From Podarcis muralis (lineage: Eukaryota): DNA of 64,000 nucleotides. Made by a program: the position numbers and the translations under genes. The DNA lies in the NCBI RefSeq assembly GCF_964188315.1, contig NC_135656.1:123566001-123630000 (forward strand), written 5' to 3'. Below are positions 22,254-35,210 of the stretch, piece by piece (position 1 is the stretch's first letter; every line of letters starts with the position of its first letter). The notes below the pieces were generated by a model. That model was given only the letters and a program-made list of their open reading frames with translations, was not told the origin of the DNA and did no database searches.

Positions 22254-23120
22254 ACTGTCTTTGTAAGTTTCTGCATGTGAGATGAAACTCTGGCTGTGAA
22301 GCTGGATTGTTTGCACAGGTACAAAGATAAGACACTGATGCTGGTCCAACCACACTTGCTGCCAGTTAGCTTCCAGACCCAAGTCCTGGCTTTGACCTAT
22401 GAAGCCTTAAAAGGCCGAGGCCCACAATATCTCAGGGCCACCTTTCAGTTTGATCCAACCTCAGGGCTCTTCTGATGTCAATCAGGTTTTGCCAAAGTCA
22501 CATTTACCCTTGATGATCTATGGCAGCCTGTTGAGTAAACATGTTTTCTCCTGCTCTGCACCTGCTCCTACAAAGTTTCAGGGGAGATATTTCTTCCCTT
22601 AGCAATCATCAGAATCACAGTGATCTATTTTTATTCTTTCCTGAGTCCAACTAGCTCCCACCCCACTGCTTGAATATTGCCTTTGCAAGCAGTAAGACAT
22701 TGCCATTAAGGGCAGCAGGAAGATTTTTATTCCACTGTGCCTGAAAGGTTGGGTGTATAAAATATATATTGTGCCACAAAATCCTGGGGGCCAAGACACA
22801 GAGCAGGTGAAGTCAGAAGGTACATCTGTGTGATGCTGCCTTCTAGATCAGTAATTTAGGCCGACTGGCTTTCCAGGAAGGGAACATCCTCAGCTTTGCC
22901 TGGAACAGGGAGCAGAGATTGCACCCTCTCACCTTCTTGGTGCAGAATAGATGCTCCACTTCTGAACCATCACCCTTCAGCTCTGAGACCAGAGCTGGAC
23001 ACCTCCCTGTTTTTGTCAATTCATTGCAATCTCTGATTTGCAAGAATTTAGGGCTTATTGTGAACAGCAGCTAGTGTTTGGTGGAACAGCTACAAGGAAA
23101 GCGTAGCAGGTAGATCCAGA

Positions 23121-26100
23121 ATGATAACACTTCTTCTGTTCCTGCCTCTTGCAACCAACGGTATGCAGCAGAGGACAAAATGCCCACTGAATCCAATCAA
23201 GGAACAAGTTTTGGCTGCAAATTTTTACCGGCTAGCAGACTACCTCATTAGTGGAGTCATATATCCAATATTCTTTCATGAACAATCTCCTTTCACCTTT
23301 TCCAGCACCCCTGTCAGCAGACTTGAGACGTAAGAAATGATGCATTGATGTAGTTCTGCTTCCTGTCTACTCTCCATTTCCCCTAATGCACTTGTTTCCT
23401 GATAAACTTGAAAATGTTAATTACATTACATTTCATTAATTTGTTTAAAGAGTTCTTTGTGTCTGTTCAATTAGTGAAAAACCATGTTTCAAAGTGTTTT
23501 ATAATGAATTTTAAATAATTAGTAGTAGTTTTGACATGTACTGCTCTCCAAAGCATGACTTGTTTTCTAAAGGGTAGGAAATGTTGTGGGATGTGTTTGA
23601 GTTGCAAGTTATTTGTAATAAATAAAATGTGAACACAATTCTTTTCCCCATGCACAACATATTCCATGCAACTTCAAATTATAAATGTCGACTTTGCTTC
23701 CCTCCACCCTCCTCCCTTGCAAAACTTCTGCAGACACAGGTACAGGTAGACCTCTGTCTCACTTTGTTCTATCTCCTGGCCCCTTTTCCAAGTCACTTTG
23801 ATTAATACAAAAAAGAATGTGAGGATGACTGTGTGACACACTTTTTTTGCAGCTGGGTGGATAAGAAGAACTCACACGTTATTTCCTTCTCCCTTGCTCT
23901 TCGGGATATTAATCACAACCCCAGCCTCTTACCCAACATCACCCTGGGCAACAGCATCTATGATACCTGTTCTGAGGGAAGACTGACTTCTGACTCCATG
24001 ACAGACCTGCTTGCTGGTGGGAAAATCAACATTCCAAACTACAGCTGTGGGAAGCAGAAAAGGCTGCTAGCTGTTCTTGAAAAGAGTGAATTTGACATCT
24101 CCACACACATTGCAAGCATATTGGGCATCTACAAGATCCCACAGGTAATCAATGGGTCCAAGTGAAACACACCTGGCAATATTAGCCACCTAGTTGTTGT
24201 TGTTGTTGTTCCTGCTGCTGCTGCCATCTGTCTGTCTTGAAAGACGATGGTGTGAGCCTCTGGGATGAAGTCAAACCACTGTGTAAGTAGTATCAAAGTG
24301 ACCTTCACAGTGCACAAGCCTAGGCAGTGGGTACGGAGGTCCTGGGCTGCCCGGACGACAAGACCTCCCTCTCAGCCTCACTGCTGTGGTCCAAAGGAAA
24401 GCAGAGCAATGCATTTGGCACAAGCTTGGCTGCAGGAGTTGCTGCAAACAAAGCACCACTCAGCGGACTTAGGATTTGTGCACTGTTTACTCCTTAGCCT
24501 TTCCCAGATGTTGGAGGGTATCCAGGGTTATTGCAATTGAGGATAGCCAGGCCCCTTCCTGCTATCTTTCTAGGGCTTACTCGAAACTTTTCTTTTATTG
24601 CAGCAGGCATTTTCATTTAAGTTTGGTTATAGTGTTTTACCTTTTTGATTGTTTTTTAAAGAATCCTTTTTAACTGGCAAGAGAATTTTGCCATTAATTG
24701 GTATAAGGATTGCTTGATTTTTTTAAAAAATATTGTTTTACTTCCCAAAAAACGGTGAGGTTTGCACTAAATCTGTCAGCATCCTTCACATAGACTTCAC
24801 ATAGTATCGGGTCTTAATGCTGAAATACAAGCCATCAATCTCTTTCCCTTTCCTCACCAGCTCAGTTATGGCTTTGCTCTTTCTGATAAATTCCAGTCCC
24901 CCTTTGTCTACCGGATGGTCCCAAACCAAGAAACGCAGTACCAGGGGATGGTCCAACTCCTCCTGCATTTCAGGTGGACGTGGGTCGGCCTCTTTGCTCC
25001 AGACAATGACAATGGAGAAAGGTTCTTGAGTACCTTGACACCTCTGATGAACAAAGGGGAAATTTGTGTTGCCTTCACACAAAGAGTACAACGAGAAACT
25101 TGGCTATGGATACCCCATGAAGCACCTGCCCTGTGGAGACAAGTCAATGTATTTGTTTACTTTGCAGACTCTCAAAGTGGACTTTACATAATCATAGAGG
25201 TACAGTCCTTGCTTGAAAGGATACAGACTGAGGGGAAAGTCTGGATAACCACACTTCTTCAGAACAAAATGTTGTTATGTGATATTGATTGCTTCCAGTA
25301 TGCTCATGGCTCTTTGTCCTTTGTAGTGAAGACCAAAAAAAGGATGAGAAAGGACTATTATGGGCCAATGTCCTTGGCTAGTCAATGGTATTCAGAAGAA
25401 GCATTTGATTGTTCATATTCCAAGCATGCCTTGTCTGTGAGGGGTATGACCAAATGCAGAGAGAAGGATAATGTGAAGATGCTGCCCCAGGAAGAGATTG
25501 AAAGAATCCAGTCCCAAGACAGCTATGTGAATTACCTGAGTATCCAAACTGTGGCTCAAGCTTTAAATGTTGCATATTCATCCTGGTCAAAGAGGATGTT
25601 GATTGTGGGTGGAGGCAGCTTGGATCTTCAAAAGCTACAGCCATGGCAGGTAAGTCCTTTTCCTCTTGCAAACTGGAATTTGTTGACCCTGCTCTGGAAT
25701 CACCATGATAACATCATCAGAATCGGTCTTGAATTGAGTCAGAACATTGGTTGGTATTGTCTACATTGACTGATTGGCCATTGACATTGTTTTCACCTGC
25801 TTACAGAAATCCATCAGAATTTCTACTACCCAGGTTCCCAGGGGAAGGGAATTCTACACGAGTTACAGGTGGAGCACAACAGAAATGGCCCATTAGTGTA
25901 TGGGAAGTCAAGATCACAGATTCAGTGCAACGTTCCTGCAGACAGAAGTATCATCCAATCATTTGCAGGCAGCAACTCATAGAGATAGAAGTGGAGCTTG
26001 CTGGACCAATGCTCTGATTCAACAGTTATCTACTTCTTAGCAGCCTCCTACACTGCATAGTTTGGGAATCCACAAAAGGTCTAAACTTGTAGAATCTAGA

Positions 26101-28642
26101 TCTAATATGAATATTAGGAATTATTTTTTACAAAATGTAACAAAAACACTAGGATTAGACACTACCATATTACACTGTCATTAGACAGCAATAGTCTTGA
26201 ATGCTTTTGTCTTCCAATTATAACCACACTTCTGCGTTATATGAAGGGCTCTGAAGACAGTTCAGAAACTTCAGAAGATGCAGACTTCGACCATCATGTT
26301 CTTCACTGGGACAACACTGTCTGAATATATTACACCTCGTCCAACCACACTGGCTGCCAATAAGTTTCCAGACCCAATTAAAAGTCCAACTTTGACCTAT
26401 AAAGCCTTAAATGACTGAGGACCAGGTCTAGCCCACAGATTCAGGCTATATTCCTGCAGACAAAAGTATCATCCAATGATTTGGAGGCAGCAACTTATAG
26501 ACTGAAAGGCAGCACCACATAGAGAAAGATGTGGAGCTCGTTGGACCAATGCTCTGATTCAACAGTTACCTACTTCTTAGCAGCCTCTTACACTGCACAG
26601 TTTGGGAATCCGCAAAAGGTCTAAACATGTAGAATCTAGATCTAATATATGGTTACCAGATGTCCCTGTTTCCCCGGGACACTCCCCAGATTTATAAATA
26701 TGTCCCCGGACAAAATCCGTCCCAGGAATGTCCCTGGATTTCATTTAATGTTCCTAGATTTATATTTTAAGTGTTGTAGATTTATTAGTAGGAAATGAAT
26801 GTTGCATGATTGGTTCAATGGCACAAGACACATCATATGGGGACTTCTGGCCAGGCAAAATGGCGGGCACCATGGCAGCGAGCGGCTCCTGAAGCCAGCC
26901 AGTGCCAACTGCCCTACCATGCTGGCTCCAGGCTGCTGATACTGCAGCTGCCGCTGCCACTGCTGAGGGGGAACAGGATGCCTGGTGTGTCAACTGGGGG
27001 AACTGCTGACCCCCCCCCCACGACCCAAATCGAGATGGGAGTGAGAGCACCCGTCCACGCGGTCGACTGCCCAGTGGTGCTCCAGGGCCAGGAAAACCCC
27101 GGAGCCGACGTAGGGAGAAGGAGGAGAGGAGAAGGAGAAGGAAGAGAGAGAAAGAGGAAGGAGAAAGAAGAGGGGAGCCCCGACTTTGTCGCACCGCTGC
27201 CGCCGCTGAGGAGAAGAGATAGGAGAGCACTGGGAGGGCAAGGACACGTGGCTGAGCCCAGGCCTGATCTGAGCCTACTCCACGGTGGCTAGTGCTCCAA
27301 GAGTGCAGGCTGGGGCACAGAGGAAGGCTGCGTGACAGAGGAGACCACAGAAGAGAGGATATTACTTCTTAATTATTATTTTTAAATAACCTTTTTAATA
27401 ACTTTTTTCTCTTTTCAAAAAAAACCTGTCCCCGGATTCTTTGAAAAAAAATCTGGTAACCTTAATCTAATATGAATATTAGGAATTACTTTTTACAAAA
27501 TGTAACAAAAACACTTAGGATTAGATACTACCATATTAAACTGTCATTAGCAATACTCTTGAAAGCTTTTGTCTTCCAGTTAAAATCACACTTCTGCATT
27601 ATACATAGGGCTGCCTCTGAAGACAATTTAGAATCTTCAGAAGATTCAGACTTCGACCATCATGTTGTTCACTGGGACAACACTGTTGGAGCATATTACA
27701 CCGATCCTGGTCCAACCACATTGGCTGCCAATAATTTTCCAGACCCAAGTCAAATTCGAACTTTGGCAGACAGCAGTCTTAAACACTCTTCAGAAACTGG
27801 GCCTTGCTTCTCAAACCCTCATAACTATGGGCCTGGGCCAAGCTAGATCTGTGGTTCGGCAAAGAATCATGGACACAGACAGACAATAGGACTTTACAAG
27901 GGTCCCCATTTATAAAATCATAGAAAACAGGAGATACGTAGCCGCTCCAGCAACATATCTCTATTTCCTCGCATCCAGAAATGCAAGAAGGGCTTTCACT
28001 CTTGCTAGAAGCTTGGCCTTGCCCTCACCGGTTCTGGAAGGCTCCTATAGAAGAGTCCCATATGCACAGAGACTTTGCACCTGCCCATTAGGGGAAATAG
28101 GAAGCCCTGAACATATATTTTTAGATGTCCTTTTTATGCTGAGATTGACACCATTGATCCTTTGCTGAAGAGGCTCGCTGATCTTTCAGACAAGTCTAAA
28201 CCTAATTTTCTCCTCTTAGGCAAAGATCATAAGACGACCTGGCTGGTAGCCAGATTCTGCGCCCAGATTTGTAGGCACAGATCATCCTCTAGAACAGCCT
28301 TTCTCAACCTGTGGGTCCCCAGATGTTGTTGAACTACAACTCCCATAACCCCTAGCTAGCAAGGCCAGAGCTCAGGGATGATAGGAGTTGTAGTCCAACA
28401 ACATCTGCTGACCCACAGGTTGAGAACCGCTGCTCTAGAATAAAATAACTTACTAGCGAAAAGCTGGAGTCACCCTTTGGGGCTCCTCAGGGTCAATTTT
28501 TATGGTAGCCCAAATCTCAGTTGTACAGGTGTATGTATATATCTCAATTTTAACTTATGAACTATTGCTGCAATCTGCTCTAATTGTATATTTTATCTTT
28601 ATGAACGCCGTTTTTATTGTGTTATGCGAGCTGGTCTTTGAC

Positions 28643-28699
<57 letters not shown>

Positions 28700-31600
28700 T
28701 TTTATTTATATCCCGCCCTCCCCAGCCGAAGCCGGGCTCAGGGCGGCTAACAACAATAAAACAGTACCAAAGTACAGCATAAACAACATTCTAAAATCAT
28801 TCATTATAAAAATTAATTAATTAATTCAAGCCACTGGCAACCATTGGGCCAGAGCTCCGCCAGAGCTCCACGAAGATTGCTGAGGGAGGGAGTCAGGCTG
28901 TGCCCTGGCCAAAGGCCTGGTGGAACATCTCTGTCTTGCAGGCCCTGCGGAAAGATGTCAAGTCCCGCAGGGCCCTGGTCTCTTGTGACAGAGTGTTCCA
29001 CCAGATCGGAGCCACAGCCGAAAAAGCCCTGGCTCTAGTTGAGGCCAGCCTAACTTCTCTGTGGCCTGGGACCTTCAAGATGTTTTTATTTGAAGACCGT
29101 AATAAATTATATATCTATCAAAGTCCAACTTTGACCTATAAAGCCTTAAATGGCTGAGGACCAAAATACCTTAAGGACCATCTCTCAGACCCTGATTTCA
29201 TAATCTGAGACCCTGCTGCAGTGGTTCCCATTTTATCCCTCCAAATCAACCTTTCCTAATATATGTAATAAATGTTGATTTTCGTCACCCCCAAAATTTT
29301 TGAAGTTGATTGAGGGTGTCTTATAATCTAGAACAGTCAGATGGTTCCAAATGAGAGATACAGTGGTTCTTATTTAGAGAAGATTAGGATGCAGAGGGAA
29401 CATGAAACCATGTTACATAATTCAGCCCTGCTCACTCATTGCTGGATTTCCCCCTGTCATTCTAGTTTCATCGTTTCTTGAAAGAAGTCCAGTTCTACTC
29501 TAATACTTCAGCTGATGGACAGTACCTGGATAAGAATGGGGCACTGGCCATTGACTTCGATATTGTGAATTGGGTGCTGTTTCCTAATAACTCTCATGAT
29601 AGAGTGAAAATTGGGAGAATAGAGAGACTAGAGTCCTCAAATCTGAAGTTCACCATTAACCCAGAAGCAATTGTGTGGCCCAAGCTATTTAAGAAGGTAG
29701 GAAAAATTGGATCTGTCATTTTATTAACTATGACATCTGCTATGCTCTAATAACATTTTGAATAGTACATATGAGGCTTTGATTGCAAACTTGTGGGCAC
29801 TTCTCTGGAGCTAAGTCCCACTGAGTTTAATGGACCCTGCTCTTGAGGAAACCTGTATAAAATTTCAATGTAAATAGGAGACTTTCCAAACACATTTCCC
29901 CAACTTGGTGCCCTCCAAATATTGTGGACTACAACACCCATGCACTCCAGCCAGCATTGTGCAAAGATATTAGAGGAGCAACAGCTTGAGTAAGGCTGGA
30001 GTATAGCAAGGTATTCCACATTTGTTTGTGCATAGAGACATGCCACACAAGCAAACTGGACACCAAATTAGGTGGTCTTTGGAAGCAACACCAATGACTC
30101 CGTTGGCAGATGTGATGGCAACAGATGGACGGCTTGTTTTATTGCTGATCTTCGTATGATGGTTTATGCCATGCTCCCGTTTGTTGTTAACTGTTATCCT
30201 AGTATTGCAATTTGTAATACTATTGTGCCTTAGAAAATTGAGATTTCAATATAAGGCAGTGGGGGTGGGAAAGAAGAAGCACCGAAAAGGTGTCTCTGCC
30301 ATGCAGCTCTGCAAAAAAACACAGAAAATGTAACTGCCCAAAATATTGTCTGGGGTCACCTGAGGTTATCGGAAGCAAATATCTCCTCTCCGAGATCCTT
30401 CCAAAATTCTATTAGCTGTGTCCAAAGACATAAATATACCTATCACTTTCTCCTTCATGATCAATTTTCTCTTCATGCCTAGACGGTGCCTCGATCAAGA
30501 TGCACAGAAAGCTGTCTCCCTGGATATTCCAGAAAAGTTCAGGAAGGGAAGCCGCCCTGCTGCTATGATTGTTCTCTCTGCTCAGAAGGGACCATCTCCA
30601 CTCAGGAAGGTAGGAGAGGAACTCAGAGAAAATGGCCTTTGATGGGAGGATGGGGCAAATATTTGAGTCGGTCCAACCAAGATGTTAGTAATGGCCAGCT
30701 CTGTCACCTGTCAGGTGGGCACCATTGGCATTCTAAGAGAACAATGGAGGCATTCATTATGAGTTCTGGCACTGTCAGGCATGGACAGTCCTCCGCTCCC
30801 TTTGGTAATTTTACAGACAAGAATTAATGAGCAGTTTATATTTTATACAGTGGTGCCCCGCAAGACAAATGCCTCGCAAGACGGAAAACCCGCTAGACGA
30901 AAGGGTTTTCCGTTTTGGAGGTGCTTCGCAAAACGAATTTCCTATGGGCTTGCTTCGCAAGACGAAAATGTCTTGCGAGTTCCTGCAGGGTTCCCCCCCC
31001 TTTTCCCAAGCCGCTAAGCCGCTTATCAGCTGATCCGCTAAGCCGCTTATCAGCTGATCCGCTAAGCCGCTTAACAGCTGATCCGCTAAGCCGCTAAGCC
31101 GCTTAACAGCTGATCACTAAGCCGCTTATCAGCTGATCCGCTAAGCCGCTAAGCTGCTTATCAGCTGATCCGCTAAGCCCGCTAAGCCGCTAATAGCGCT
31201 AAGCCGCTAAGCCGCTAATGGGCTTGCTTCGCAAGACGAAAAAACCGCAAGACGAAGAGACTCGCGGAACGGATTCTTTTCGTCTTGCGAGGCACCACTG
31301 TACTCTTTTTATTCAGTCATCTGGTTGCAAGCAAAGATCCACATCCCTCCACAAGGAGAGCAGTTGGCTACTCTAAATCCTCCCCCTTCTAAACATCCCC
31401 CCCACGACATCCTGGCACCAACGGGAAGTTCCTCCTCCTCTCATCATCCTTTGGTCTCTAACACAGATGGACCTCCTAGTTTGTCGGGGGGGAGGGTCCC
31501 CCACACACTATTATGACGACCTTGCTGGCTGTTCCCTCCCTTCTGTTCTCTTTCCATTATCTCTGGTCCTAAGAGATCTGCATTGGCTCCCAGTACGTTT

Positions 31601-31985
31601 CCGAGCACAATTCAAAGTGTTGGTGCTGACCTTGAAAGCCCTAAAAGGCCTTGATCCAGTATACCTGAAGGAGCGTCTCCACCTCCATTGTTCTGCCCGG
31701 ACACTGAGGTCCAGCGCTGAGGGCTTTCTGGAATTTCCCTTATTGTGAGAAGTGAGGTTACAGGAAACCAGACAGAGGGCCTTCTTGGTAGTGGCGCCCT
31801 CCCTGTGGAACGCCCTCCCATCAGATGTGAAGGAAATAAGCAGCTATCTTATTTTTAAAAGACACCTGAAGGCAGCCCTGTTTAGGGAAGTTTTTAATAT
31901 TTAATGATGTATTGTTTTTAACACTCGATTGGGAGCCACCCAGAGTGCCTAGGGAAACTCAGCCAGATGGGTGGGGTATAAATAA

Positions 31986-32042
<57 letters not shown>

Positions 32043-33974
32043 TTGTAGCTAGGTAACTCTTGTCTAATCTGCTCGGTGTCTGTGTCTCTCCCTCTTCAGA
32101 GAGGAGCTGAATGAAATGCCCTCTTCAAGGAGGGTTCACCTTTTGCCAGCCTGTAATGGTCAGGGGTCCCTTTACCTTTTTAATGTCCCCACAGCACCAG
32201 GAAACTTAATATGCCCATCTGCTGAGACTTGTAGAATTTTTCAGGATTTAATTATGGTAGCTCCTCTACAGAATTTTGTCTTATGGTTTCGACTTCTACT
32301 ACATCACCTGTACAGTTTTACTGATGGATAGGTGGAACGTCTTCCAAATCTATCCATTAATAAAAAGCAACTCATAAGAAAAATCGAGGATATAAGAAAG
32401 GCCTTGTTGCATAGAAAGAACAGCCCTTCCACCCCCACGTGATCTCCAGCAACTAGTATTCAAAGGAAGTCAAAGGTCACTTCCAATGTTGCTGGGAGTA
32501 CATGTCAGGTAATCTTCTCCTGGGGAATATCTTGATGAGTGAGAGGAATGTCGGCAAGAGAGCCAAGGTGTATTGGGTTCACCAAACCTGTCACTTCCGG
32601 AGGGTTGTTGTTCTGCCATGGAGTCAGTAAGCACTAGGGCCAGAGAGACCACCTGACAATTTCTGAGAGATCTCCAGCAGTTCAGGAATGGAGGCAGTGC
32701 CGTACAATGATACTCCTCCGAGTTCCTTGGAGGAATCATAGAATTTTAATGCAATACGTGATTTTACAAATTATTATTCTAGCTTCGATATATTATAAAG
32801 TTGGGGCTTAACACATCTGCTTCTCAATATTCAAACATGACAAGAAGCTGCCTTGATACTGAGTCAGCCTATTGCTCCATTTAACCCACAGTTGTCTAAT
32901 CGAGGAGTCCATAATTATTTCTGGCCTTGGCACTAGATATTAATTTTTCGAGGTGAATAATAGGAAAAATGGGTGCTGCTGCCAAAATGTCTATCACCAA
33001 ATGCAATAGTGATGTCAGCAAATTTCAGGTGTGCAACTGAAATTAGGATACTGAACTGTGTTTTCCTCTATGCAGATGCTGATGAATGCACCAAATGTCC
33101 GGAAGATCAGCATCCAAATGAGGATAGACAACAATGTGTCCCCAAATTATTGACCTTCCTGACCTATGAAGAATGTTTGGGGATCCTCCTGGCTTCCCTT
33201 GCCCTCCTCTTATCCTTAACCACAGGCTTTGTCTTAGGAATCTTCCTTAAATACAAAGAAACTCCAATAGTCAAAGCCAACAACAGGGACCTCTCCTACA
33301 TCCTCCTCATCTCTCTACTGCTCTCCTTTTTGTCCTCCTTCCTCTTTATCGGGAATCCAAGGAAAGTGACCTGCCTTCTCCGTCAAACAGCCTTCTGCAT
33401 CATCTTCTCAGTTGCTGTCTCTTCCGTCTTGGCAAAAACCATCACTGTAGTTCTGGCCTTCCTGGCCACTAAGCCAGGGAACAAGGTGAGGAAATGGCTG
33501 GGGAAGAGTTTGGCCCACTCCATTGTCATTTCCTGCTCCAGTGTCCAAGTTCTCATCTGCACCATCTGGCTGGGGATCTCTCCTCCATTCCCAGACTTTG
33601 ACCTCAGCTCCCAGCTTGGAGAGATCATTGTCCAATGCAATGAAGGCTCTGTTGCCATGCTTTACAGTTCCCTTGGCTACATGGGCTTCCTGGCTGCCAT
33701 CTGCTTCGTGGTGGCTTTCCTAGCCAGGAAGCTGCCTGGGGCCTTCAACGAAGCCAAGCTGATCACCTTCAGCATGCTGGTCTTCTGCAGTGTTTGGGTG
33801 TCCTTTGTGCCCACCTACCTGAGCACCAAGGGGAAATTCATGGTAGCTGTGCAGATCTTCTCTATCTTGGTCTCCAGTGCTGGGCTCCTGGGCTGCATCT
33901 TCATTCCCAAATGCTACATTATTATATTGAGGCCTGATTTGAATACAAAGGAGCACCTGACAAGAAAAAACTAA
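23121..33974 (+). CDS. Vomeronasal type-2 receptor (V2R) copy 1, 848 aa. Exons 23121-23329, 23853-24144, 24861-25649, 29466-29696, 30483-30609, 33076-33974
   Basis: Six exons (209/292/789/231/127/899 nt) with canonical GT-AG and compatible phases sum to 2547 nt. Signal peptide; [14 protein letters not shown] and RWTWVGL Venus-flytrap motifs; Cys-rich CCYDC domain; 7TM with [26 protein letters not shown] and [12 protein letters not shown]. Confidence 0.93.
26648..27464. mobile_element. Non-autonomous hAT (Tip100-like) element
   Basis: TIR TA(T/A)GGTTACCAGAT, perfect 8-bp TSD atctaata; empty site in the local duplicate at ~26100. Confidence 0.85.
27850..28700 (+). mobile_element. RTE-X-like LINE 3' remnant with (TAA)n tail
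   Basis: [22 protein letters not shown] and [17 protein letters not shown]-type C-terminus. Confidence 0.6.
28295..28432. mobile_element. hAT-Charlie MITE
   Basis: Palindromic actacaactccca core, TIRs, perfect TSD ctctagaa (NTCTAGAN consensus). Confidence 0.9.
28700..29100 (-). mobile_element. L2 3' remnant (second subfamily)
   Basis: [16 protein letters not shown]...[16 protein letters not shown]; the same tail occurs at 52641-52877. Confidence 0.8.
30848..31300. mobile_element. Tc1/mariner MITE with an internal GCTAAGCC/CAGCTGATCC minisatellite
   Basis: TIRs plus TA TSD; tandem ~24-nt units at ~31010-31220. Confidence 0.88.
31565..32042 (+). mobile_element. L2 3' remnant with (ATT)n tail
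   Basis: [25 protein letters not shown] motif. Confidence 0.85.
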
Positions 33975-33985
33975 ACATGGCATTT

Positions 33986-34575
33986 CATAGAATCATAGAA
34001 TCATAGAGTTGGAATAGACCACAAGGGCCATCGAGTCCAACCACCTGCCAAGCAGGAAACGTTTGATCCTTGTTGTTGTTGTTGTTTAGTCGTTTAGTCG
34101 TGTCCGACTCTTCGTGACCCCCTGGACCAGAGCACGCCAGGCACCTCTGTCCTCCACTACCTCCTGCAGTTTGGTCAAACTCATGCTGGTAACCTCGAAA
34201 ACACTATCCAACCATCTCGTCCTCTGTCGCCCCCTTCTCCTTGTGCCCTCCATCTTTCCCAGCATCAGTGTCTTTTCCAGGGAGTCTTCTCTTCTCATGA
34301 GGTGGCCAAAGTACTGGAGCCTCAGCTTCAGGATCTGTCCTTCCAGTGAGCACTCAGGGCTGATTTCCTTAAGAATGGATGCGTTTGATCTTCTTGCAGT
34401 CCATGGGACTCTCAAGAGTCTTCTCCAGCACCATAATTCAAAAGCATCAACTCTTCGGCGATCAGCCTTCTTTATGGTCCAGCTCTCACTTCCATACATC
34501 ACTACTGGGAAAACCATGGCTTTAACTATATGGACCTTTGTTGGCAAGGTGACGTCTCTACTTCTCAAGATGCTG
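33986..34575 (-). mobile_element. CR1 tail (33986-34060) plus Bov-B 3' fragment (34071-34575) just after the V2R-1 stop
   Basis: (ATTCTATG)n CR1 tail; Bov-B ORF 34086..34568 and (CAA)n tail. Both are absent after the V2R-2 stop. Confidence 0.88.
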
Positions 34576-34990
34576 TAGTTCTAGGGATATCATAAAATTG
34601 TACAGTTGGAAGTCCCAGCCAGAATCTCAACTGGAGTAAAACTGCTCATGACCCATAGCAGGATTCCATAAGTTGCTTAAGACGTTGCAAACTGAATTGT
34701 TAAAGTACCAAATGAAATTAGCTAAATTAGGGGGGAAATGATATTAAACTAGCTACATAAGAGATATTGGTAAAAGATCCTATGGGAATCTAATAATAAC
34801 AATAAGAATAATTTATTATTTATTTCTCAAGCCACTCTGGGTGGACTGCAGCACATATCAAAACATAAAACACCAAAAATTAAAAACTTCCTGATACAGG
34901 GTTGCCTTCAGATGTCTTCTAAAAGTTATGTTGTTCTTTATCTTCTTGACATCTTGGAGGGGGGGTGCCACTACTGAGAAGGCTCTCTCG

Positions 34991-35210
34991 GTAGACTAGT
35001 AATCTGGTGAACCGGGTTCGCTTCCCCACTCCTCCGCAAGCAGCTGCTGGGTGACCTTGGGCTAGTAACACTTCTCTGAAGTCTCTCAGCCCCACTCACC
35101 TCACAGAGTGTTTGTTGTGGGGGAGGAAGGGAAAGGAGAATGTTAGCCGCTTTGAGACTCCTTTGGGTAGTGATAAAGCGGGATATCAAATCCAAACTCT
35201 TCTCTTCTTC
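34991..35210 (+). mobile_element. 5'-truncated SINE with CORE-like block and L2-type tail, inserted in an L2 remnant
   Basis: ctgctgggtgaccttgggc core and an agccgctttgag...aaagcgggatat tail. Paralogous copy at 54471-54690. Confidence 0.65.

Noticed and set aside
31010-31220. CRISPR-like array
   Set aside because: Tandem units without unique spacers, inside a eukaryotic MITE, with no cas genes.
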